A DNA stretch of 62,304 nucleotides from a virus. Position 1 is the stretch's first letter, and every line of letters begins with the position of its first letter. The notes under the pieces were generated by a model. The model searched no databases and had not been told where the DNA came from. It saw only the letters and a program-made list of their open reading frames with translations. The DNA lies in IMG/VR virus record IMGVR_UViG_3300022745_000002, positions 1 to 62,304 of that record. One strand, given 5' to 3'. The translations under genes were made by a program, and so were the position numbers. This document shows positions 23,623 to 29,744 of the stretch, in pieces.

Positions 23623-24264
23623 GTGGCAAAGAAGGGTAAGTTCACGGATCAGCAGGAACTGTTCATCGCTGCCTACGTGAAGCGACCGAACGCTACGCGT
23701 GCTGCGCTGGCTGCTGGCTACAGCGAAGAGAGCGCCCATACGCAGGGTTGGCGTCTGTTGAAGAATGCAGATATCGACCGCGAGATCACACGCAGATTGC
23801 GTGGTATCGCCGGGCGCTACGAGGTTTCGGCCGAGCGCATCACGGCCGAGCTGGCGAAGATCGCGTTCGCGAATGCGGCCGACTATGTGAGCGTGCAGGA
23901 CGATGGTCAGGTCGTCGTCGACTTCACGGGCGTCGACCGCGATCAGATGGCTGCGATCGACAGCGTCGAGAGCGAGATGCTCGTCGGCACCGATCGGCCG
24001 GTCGTCATGAAAACGCGCTTCAAGATGCGCGACAAGCAGAAGGCGCTAATGGATCTCGCGCGGTTGCACAATATCGGCGCCGCGAACCGCACCGAGCTGA
24101 CCGGGCCCAACGGCGAGCCTGTCGCGATCGCGCAACACCACACGATCGACATCAAGCAGCTGCCTGCCGAGGATCGCGAACAGCTGAAGACCGTGCTGCT
24201 CGGCATCAAGGCTCGAGGCAACGGTCAGGTCACCGACGTCGAGCCGCTTGACGAGCAGGAATAG
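23623..24264 (+). CDS. terS: Terminase small subunit
   Basis: QQELFIAAYVKRPNATRAALAAGYSEESAHTQGWRLLKNADI is the classic Terminase_2 N-terminal HTH. GTG start. Confidence 0.85.
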   Translation: MAKKGKFTDQQELFIAAYVKRPNATRAALAAGYSEESAHTQGWRLLKNADIDREITRRLRGIAGRYEVSAERITAELAKIAFANAADYVSVQDDGQVVVDFTGVDRDQMAAIDSVESEMLVGTDRPVVMKTRFKMRDKQKALMDLARLHNIGAANRTELTGPNGEPVAIAQHHTIDIKQLPAEDREQLKTVLLGIKARGNGQVTDVEPLDEQE

Positions 24265-24282
24265 GTGGGTCATAGGTGTGCC

Positions 24283-24525
24283 ATGCTTGAAGCCGTCGGG
24301 CCAATTCCAAATCCGCAATACGTCGGTGTCGACGTCGACAAGACCGGCGCCGCGACCATGGTCATGTGCGAGGAGCGGCCGGACGGCGCGATATACGTGC
24401 TCGACTTTGCCGAGATCAGGCCGATCGACTGGCGCAAGGCGAAGAAGATCCGTCGCAAGTGGCGCGAGGCGCAGCGCGAGATCGTGCGCACGTGGCAACG
24501 TGCCGTGAAGGCACTTGACAGTTGA
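24283..24525 (+). CDS. Hypothetical protein (80 aa)
   Basis: The ATG is directly preceded by tandem TAGGTGGGTCA / TAGGTGTGCCA boxes. The track ORF starts at GTG 24265. Confidence 0.5.
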   Translation: MLEAVGPIPNPQYVGVDVDKTGAATMVMCEERPDGAIYVLDFAEIRPIDWRKAKKIRRKWREAQREIVRTWQRAVKALDS

Positions 24526-24551
24526 TGCCCACCTACTGTTAGGTGTGCCCA

Positions 24552-24570
24552 CGCGCGGTGGAGCAGCCCG
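24552..24570 (+). pseudogene. tRNA 5'-half-like fragment (acceptor strand plus D-arm, initiator-tRNA-like)
   Basis: CGCGCGGTGGAGCAGCCCG resembles the 5' end of bacterial tRNA-fMet (CGCGGGGTGGAGCAGCC...). GAGCAGCCCG recurs in the intact tRNA 30 nt downstream. Confidence 0.35.
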
Positions 24571-24581
24571 CTAACAGTTGA

Positions 24582-24659
24582 TGCGAAGTAGAGCAGCCCG
24601 GTCAGCTCGGCAGTTTCATACACTGCAGGTCGTGGGTTCAAATCCCACCTTCGCTCCCA
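24582..24659 (+). tRNA. tRNA-Met-type (anticodon CAU) with encoded CCA
   Basis: Hand-folded cloverleaf. Acceptor tGCGAAG / CTTCGCt. D stem GAGC / GCTC. Anticodon stem GCAGT / ACTGC with loop TTCATAC. T stem GTGGG / CCCAC with loop TTCAAAT. Then C-CCA. Position 1:72 is a T:T mismatch. Confidence 0.75.
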
Positions 24660-24694
24660 ATTGACAGTTATGGGCCTGCGAGCTACCGTCGCGC

Positions 24695-25099
24695 ATGTTC
24701 AAGATCCTGAGTACCTGCAAAGGTGGAGGGTATCGCTACTGTCGCACGGATCCGCCGCATCCTCGGCGCAACGCCAAAGGTCTGTACCCATTGCATCGCG
24801 TGCTGCTGGAGAACAAGCTCGGGCGCCTACTGCGAAAGGGTGAGATCGCGCACCACATCAACGAGGACAAGACCGATGATCGCCCGCGCAACATCGTGTT
24901 GCTCACGAACAGTAACCACACTGGGTTACATCATCCGGCAAAGAAGTTGAAGAAATTCAAATGCGTGATGTGCAAGAAATCTTTCCAGTTAAAGCCTCAC
25001 GTGGCACGGCTGCGCATGTCGCGTAACAGCACCAAGAAACTCGCGTGCTCCCCCACGTGTGGCGTTGCTTACGGTAACCGCTTGCGAGGAGCGCGATGA
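24695..25099 (+). CDS. HNH endonuclease (intact core plus C-terminal Cys4 finger)
   Basis: GEIAHHINEDKTDDRPRNIVLLTNSNHTGLHH, and CVMCKK...CSPTCG. AT-richer than the flanks. Confidence 0.9.
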   Translation: MFKILSTCKGGGYRYCRTDPPHPRRNAKGLYPLHRVLLENKLGRLLRKGEIAHHINEDKTDDRPRNIVLLTNSNHTGLHHPAKKLKKFKCVMCKKSFQLKPHVARLRMSRNSTKKLACSPTCGVAYGNRLRGAR

Positions 25100-25344
25100 A
25101 GGACTTTCGTCACACCGGCCGGACCGTATCGCCAGTCAAGGCGTTCGAGCCGCCGAAGAAGAAAGAGATCCGTTACGACACGGACATCATGGGCCAGCAG
25201 ACGCTGCCCGAGGCGCGCATCGAAGCGGCCAAGACCCCCACGACCAAGGCACGCATCGTTCGCGCGCTGCATCCGTTTTTCGTTGTCGCCGACGGGCAGA
25301 AGTGTCCGTGCTGCAAGGCCATCGCCGAGCTGGAGTTCGAATGA
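25096..25344 (+). CDS. Hypothetical protein (82 aa)
   Basis: ATGA overlap. CPCC motif. Confidence 0.55.
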   Translation: MKDFRHTGRTVSPVKAFEPPKKKEIRYDTDIMGQQTLPEARIEAAKTPTTKARIVRALHPFFVVADGQKCPCCKAIAELEFE

Positions 25345-26117
25345 CCCTCAAGTATTTCTTCTATCGCCTGCAGCTCGCCAACGTGCAGACGCTGCTCGAC
25401 CTCGCCGGGCGGCTCGGCCGCTGGGCGTTGATTCGCAAGCTCGACCTGATGGGCTACCCGCAGCGCGATCGCGTCGCGGCGCTTGTCGACCGGGAGATCG
25501 CAGCACTGGGCCCGAGTGTCGAGGCCTACCTCACGCACCAGAAGACCGAGATCGATATCTTGAGCGCGCGCCTGTCGCGCCGTTACGATCCCGGCGCCGC
25601 GTTGAACGAGGTGACCGAGCGGGCGAGCAAGGCAAAGAAGACGGCCATGCAGGCGCACGCGCCGAAAGGTGTCGTGCTATCCGAACTTCTTGGCCGGGTG
25701 AACGAGCGTGTGGCCGAGGGCGCAGCGGCTGACGGGCCGCGCGATTTTACGACCGACAAGATGCGGATCGTCAGCAAGACGCCGAACATGGATGACCTGA
25801 CGCGGCGCCTGAGCTCGCGCAAGCCGGGCGAGATGGTGCAGGTGTCGAAGGAAGAGCTGGACTGGCTCAGGGAGTACGTCGTTATGGTGCCGGTCGAGCC
25901 CGTAGCGGGGCACGCGTCGACCAAGGGCGTGCTGCTCAGCGAGCGCCACGACGATGCGCCCAAGCCGGGCGAGCCTGACTTTTGGGAGAAGGAGGCCGCA
26001 CGCCAGCGTGCCGCGTGTGAGGAGAACCCCGAGCCGATGCTGGCGCTCACGCCGATGCAGGAGAAGGCGCTGGAAGACCAGAAGCAGCGCGTCAAGAAAC
26101 TGATCGGCAACGCATGA
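25341..26117 (+). CDS. Hypothetical protein (258 aa)
   Basis: ATGA overlap. Internal ATG of the 25059 track ORF. Confidence 0.65.
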   Translation: MTLKYFFYRLQLANVQTLLDLAGRLGRWALIRKLDLMGYPQRDRVAALVDREIAALGPSVEAYLTHQKTEIDILSARLSRRYDPGAALNEVTERASKAKKTAMQAHAPKGVVLSELLGRVNERVAEGAAADGPRDFTTDKMRIVSKTPNMDDLTRRLSSRKPGEMVQVSKEELDWLREYVVMVPVEPVAGHASTKGVLLSERHDDAPKPGEPDFWEKEAARQRAACEENPEPMLALTPMQEKALEDQKQRVKKLIGNA

Positions 26118-26365
26118 GCAAGCTCGTCCTCCCCGAAGGCGTCGCCGCCCAGCTCGCCATGCCACCGGTCGGCGAGCTCACGCTCGAGGATCCGCAGGGC
26201 CGCGCGATCTACATGCCACAGGAAGACATCACGCCGTACGAGCTCGCGCTGATCGTGCGCCTGTTCTTCCGCCTGACCTTGGGCGGCCCGCTCGGCATGA
26301 CGCCGGACTGGCGCAAGTTCCTCGACGAGCATAAGCTCGACCGCCATTTTCAACCGGCCACATAG
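26114..26365 (+). CDS. Hypothetical protein (83 aa)
   Basis: ATGA overlap. Confidence 0.6.
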   Translation: MSKLVLPEGVAAQLAMPPVGELTLEDPQGRAIYMPQEDITPYELALIVRLFFRLTLGGPLGMTPDWRKFLDEHKLDRHFQPAT

Positions 26366-26375
26366 GAGCCAAGTC

Positions 26376-26858
26376 ATGGACATCGTCACCAACATCGAAG
26401 GCGCGTTCGAGCGTGTCGAGGCCTACGTCAAAAACCTGCTCGACAACGGCGCGCCGCACCAGCAGCAGCACGCGACCGACGTGAAGATGGTTCTCGACAC
26501 GGCACGCACGCAGGCGCTGCCCGACACGCAGACGCCGCAGATCGCGCAGCTGCAGGACGATCTCAACGACGCCAACGCCAAGATCACCAACCTGCAAGGC
26601 AGCATCGACAGTCTGATGGATGTGCGCGACAGCCTGCAGACGCAGCTCGATGCGGCCAATGCCAAGGTGAAGGCGCTCGAGGAGACCGACAACGCCACGA
26701 TCGCGGAGCTGCGCATGCAGCTGGCAGCGTTGCCCACGAACGCGCCTGCGGGCGCGCTGTCGGCGGCGGCCGAACCGGTCGGCGGGCGCATCGCCAGCGA
26801 CCCGAGCCTGAACCCCGACGTGGTGCCGCCGGGCGTCACTGTCGAAGCCAAGCTGTAA
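26376..26858 (+). CDS. Coiled-coil protein (160 aa)
   Basis: GGAG ribosome-binding site. Heptad-like QLQDDLNDANAKITNLQGSIDSLMDVRDSLQTQLDAANAKVKALEE. Confidence 0.65.
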   Translation: MDIVTNIEGAFERVEAYVKNLLDNGAPHQQQHATDVKMVLDTARTQALPDTQTPQIAQLQDDLNDANAKITNLQGSIDSLMDVRDSLQTQLDAANAKVKALEETDNATIAELRMQLAALPTNAPAGALSAAAEPVGGRIASDPSLNPDVVPPGVTVEAKL

Positions 26859-26859
26859 C

Positions 26860-27075
26860 GTGGCCGAGCACACTCTGGGGGATGCGGACGTCATCAAGAC
26901 GTTCCGTGTCCTCCTCGCCGCATGCGTGAAGAAGCAGGGCGTGCTGAACAAGCTCGTCCTGTCTCGGGCCGACCTCGAGCGCGCGGGCGAAGGCAAGCTC
27001 AAGGTCGAGCAGCGGCCGGACGGCTCGATCAAGCTGTCGATCGAGAAAGAGCCGCCCAAGCTTCTGGTGAACTGA
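26860..27075 (+). CDS. Hypothetical protein (71 aa, GTG start)
   Basis: Starts 1 nt after the previous stop. Confidence 0.5.
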   Translation: MAEHTLGDADVIKTFRVLLAACVKKQGVLNKLVLSRADLERAGEGKLKVEQRPDGSIKLSIEKEPPKLLVN

Positions 27076-27255
27076 GGAACAGGATGCCGCACGATCGCGA
27101 CGTACGGCATGGGTGGGGACAACAGCGCGTAGCGGCGCGGGTGCGGCCAGTGAAGCAGCATCGTACTCAAGCCGTCGGTAACGGCGGTGGATTGCTCCTT
27201 AGCGTTGTCGGTGCTACGCCCCTGCAAAACCGTCGCTTTTTCTTGTGCGAGCTGC

Positions 27256-27348
27256 ATGCCCCAAGTCATTGAGTGGAACGGCCACAAGGTCGATGTCGAT
27301 CGCGCCCTCATGGAGATCACCCGTGAGGAGTGCGACGCATGCCGCTAG
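27256..27348 (+). pseudogene. Stranded resident 5' end of terL (30 codons, then a stop)
   Basis: MPQVIEWNGHKVDVDRALMEITREECDACR* versus TerL MTQIIEWRGHKIDVDRALMEITREECE.... By hand count, 22/27 aa and 59/81 nt are identical. Confidence 0.8.
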
Positions 27349-27790
27349 CACGTCCTATTCTCGCACGACTGTTGGATTTGCTCGACATCCAAGGGCCGGA
27401 TGACTGCTGGCTGTGGAAAGGTCGCGTTCACAAGAGCGGGTATGCGTATATCTCGAAAGGCGGCAAGGGCGGCGCAATGCTTCTCATGCATCGTGTCTCG
27501 TGGTGCGAACACAACAATTGTCCGGTGCCGGAAGGTGATGCAGGCAACAGCAAATTGACTGAGGATCTCGTTCGTCTTATTCGCGCGGATGAGCGTTCTC
27601 AACGCACGATTGCGGCCGAGCTTGGTGTCGACCAGACATTGATCAGCATGATAAAACTGCGCAAAGTTTGGGCGCACGTAACATGACGCAGATCATCGAA
27701 TGGCGCGGGCATAAGATCGATGTAGATCGCGCATTGATGGAGATCACGAGAGAAGAATGTGAAAGTTCGCTTTACACCTTCCTCATGCAT
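27337..27790 (+). mobile_element. Free-standing homing-endonuclease cassette plus donor-type terL 5' tract (boundaries approximate)
   Basis: An AT-richer block bounded on the left by the break in terL homology and on the right by the return to GC-rich codons. Confidence 0.6.
27339..27686 (+). CDS. Degenerate HNH_3-type endonuclease with the catalytic core deleted and the HTH tail retained
   Basis: GPDDCWLWKG...SGYAYI...LMHRVSW...PVPEG runs straight into NSKLTEDLVRLIR...SQRTIAAELGVDQTLISMIKLRKVWAHV. The usual H-x-C-D-N-x-x-C-x-N-P-x-H-L segment is absent. Confidence 0.7.
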   Translation: MPLARPILARLLDLLDIQGPDDCWLWKGRVHKSGYAYISKGGKGGAMLLMHRVSWCEHNNCPVPEGDAGNSKLTEDLVRLIRADERSQRTIAAELGVDQTLISMIKLRKVWAHVT

Positions 27791-29341
27791 GCGTGGCGCT
27801 TCATCGACCCGGCGCCGTTCAAGCCGGGCTGGGTGATCGATGCGCTCGCCGAGCATCTCGAGGCCGTGGTCGACGGTGAGATCCGCCGTCTGCTGATCAA
27901 CATCCCGCCGCGCTGTTCCAAGTCATCGATCTGCTCGGTCGCCTTCCCGGCATGGGTGTGGGCACAGAGTTTCAAGAGTGCGACCAGCGGGCCGGGCGTG
28001 GCGCTGCTGCACGCGTCCTACGCGCACTCACTGGCCCTGCGCGACAGCGTGAAGTGCCGCCGCCTGCTGAAGAGCACGTGGTACCAGCGCATGTGGGGCG
28101 ATCGCTTCAAGATCACGCCCGATCAGGACATGAAGATCCGCTTCCAGAACGACAAGGGAGGCGAGCGCCTGATCACCTCGGTCGACGCTGGCGTTACCGG
28201 TGAAGGCGGCAACATCATCATCGTCGACGATCCGAACAACGCGAAGGAAGTCCTGTCCGAGGCCGTGATCCAGTCGACCAACGAAGACTGGTGGGACGGC
28301 ACGATGAGCACGCGTCTCAACGATCCGAAGACCGGCGCCTTCATCGTCGTGCAGCAGCGTCTGGGCGAGAACGACCTGACCGGCCACATCCTCGCGAAGG
28401 AAGCGGCCGACTGGACGCACCTGATGCTGCCGATGGAGTACGAGCCCGATCGCAGCTTCACCACGGTCATCGGGTGGGAAGATCCGCGCACCGAAGAAGG
28501 CGAGCTGCTCTGGCCCGAGCGCTTCGGCCATGAGGAAGTGGCAAAGCTCAAGAGCAACCTAGGTTCGTGGAAGAGCGCCGGTCAGCTGCAGCAGCGCCCG
28601 GAGCCGAAGGGTGGCGGCATCATCAAGCGAGACTGGTGGAAGCTCTGGCCGCCCGAGGGCGAGGAGTTCAACAAGCGTGGTGAGCCGCTGCGGCCGCTGC
28701 AGAACCCGCCGTGCAGCTTCATCATCGCCAGCCTCGACACGGCCTACACCGAAAAGACGATCAACGACCCGAGCGCTCTCACGATCTGGGGCGTGTTCGC
28801 GGGCGACCCGGTGGCGCAGGAAGTGCGTGCCAGCGACGAGCACAGCGTGCGCGTCTACACCGAGACGTCGACACGCGTGATCTTGCTGCACGCATGGACG
28901 AAGCACCTCGAGATCCACCCGCTCGTCAACGAGGTGGCCAAGAGCTGCAAGCAGTTCAACGTCGACAAGCTCCTGATCGAGGACAAGGCGGCAGGACACA
29001 GCGTGGCGCAGGAGCTGCGACGCCTGTTCTCGAACGAGAACTGGGCCGTGCAGCTGATCAACCCGAAGAACCTCGACAAGCTCGCGCGCCTCTACTCCGT
29101 GCAGCATCTTTGGGAAGAGGGCATGATCTACGCCCCCGAGCGCACGTGGGCCGAGGCCGTCATCGCCCAGTGCGGCACCTTCCCCAACGCCGCGCACGAC
29201 GATCTCGTCGACACGACCAGCATGGCGTTGCGGCACATGCGCGACATCGGCCTGCTCCAGCGCGGCACCGAGATCACGGCTGACGTGACCGAGGCCGTGC
29301 GACATACTGGCCGCCCACCGCAGAGGTTGTACCCATCATGA
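27683..29341 (+). CDS. terL: Terminase large subunit
   Basis: P-loop-like INIPPRCSKSS. Walker B IIIVDDPN. C-terminal nuclease region with LLIEDKAAG. Start at ATG 27683 (the track ORF begins at 27668). Confidence 0.92.
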   Translation: MTQIIEWRGHKIDVDRALMEITREECESSLYTFLMHAWRFIDPAPFKPGWVIDALAEHLEAVVDGEIRRLLINIPPRCSKSSICSVAFPAWVWAQSFKSATSGPGVALLHASYAHSLALRDSVKCRRLLKSTWYQRMWGDRFKITPDQDMKIRFQNDKGGERLITSVDAGVTGEGGNIIIVDDPNNAKEVLSEAVIQSTNEDWWDGTMSTRLNDPKTGAFIVVQQRLGENDLTGHILAKEAADWTHLMLPMEYEPDRSFTTVIGWEDPRTEEGELLWPERFGHEEVAKLKSNLGSWKSAGQLQQRPEPKGGGIIKRDWWKLWPPEGEEFNKRGEPLRPLQNPPCSFIIASLDTAYTEKTINDPSALTIWGVFAGDPVAQEVRASDEHSVRVYTETSTRVILLHAWTKHLEIHPLVNEVAKSCKQFNVDKLLIEDKAAGHSVAQELRRLFSNENWAVQLINPKNLDKLARLYSVQHLWEEGMIYAPERTWAEAVIAQCGTFPNAAHDDLVDTTSMALRHMRDIGLLQRGTEITADVTEAVRHTGRPPQRLYPS

Positions 29342-29343
29342 GA

Positions 29344-29371
29344 AACGCCGTAGCCTTGCGACTACGGCGTT
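29344..29371 (+). terminator. Hairpin immediately after terL
   Basis: 10-bp stem AACGCCGTAG / CTACGGCGTT with an 8-nt loop. No clear U-tract. Confidence 0.4.
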
Positions 29372-29498
29372 CTAGATAGAGGGGCCGGACGCGAGGTGAA
29401 CAGCGCGCCCGACCAACGCCCCTTTCCTATTAGCCCGACCGAAGGTCGGACAAGGTGTGAATGCGTTTCATGGCAACCTCCTAGGTTTTGAGCGAACA

Positions 29499-29741
29499 AT
29501 GAAGCCTACCAAAACAAAACACTTTGTCACGCCCGCGCAGGCCACGGTCAAGCTGCTGGGCAAGGAGATCGGTGGCGGCGGCGGCTGGTTCGAGGTCACA
29601 GTCAGGACGGCGCCGGGCTGGCCCGACCCGAAAAGCCGGGTCTATACGATCCGGGCGATTTCGGATAATGTCGCAGCCCTTGACGGTTTGCATCGGTTCG
29701 AGGAGGAGCTGAGAGAGCCTAAACCCTCTGTGGTGCACTGA
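29499..29741 (+). CDS. Hypothetical protein (80 aa)
   Basis: Internal ATG of the 29457 track ORF. Immediately precedes the portal gene. Confidence 0.5.
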   Translation: MKPTKTKHFVTPAQATVKLLGKEIGGGGGWFEVTVRTAPGWPDPKSRVYTIRAISDNVAALDGLHRFEEELREPKPSVVH

Positions 29742-29744
29742 CAC

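Noticed and set aside
27256-27686. Group I intron or intein interrupting terL
   Set aside because: The downstream terL copy has its own ATG and a complete N-terminus duplicating the upstream fragment, so no splicing is needed. The upstream fragment ends in a stop. I saw no intron-like conserved pairing elements or intein splice motifs.
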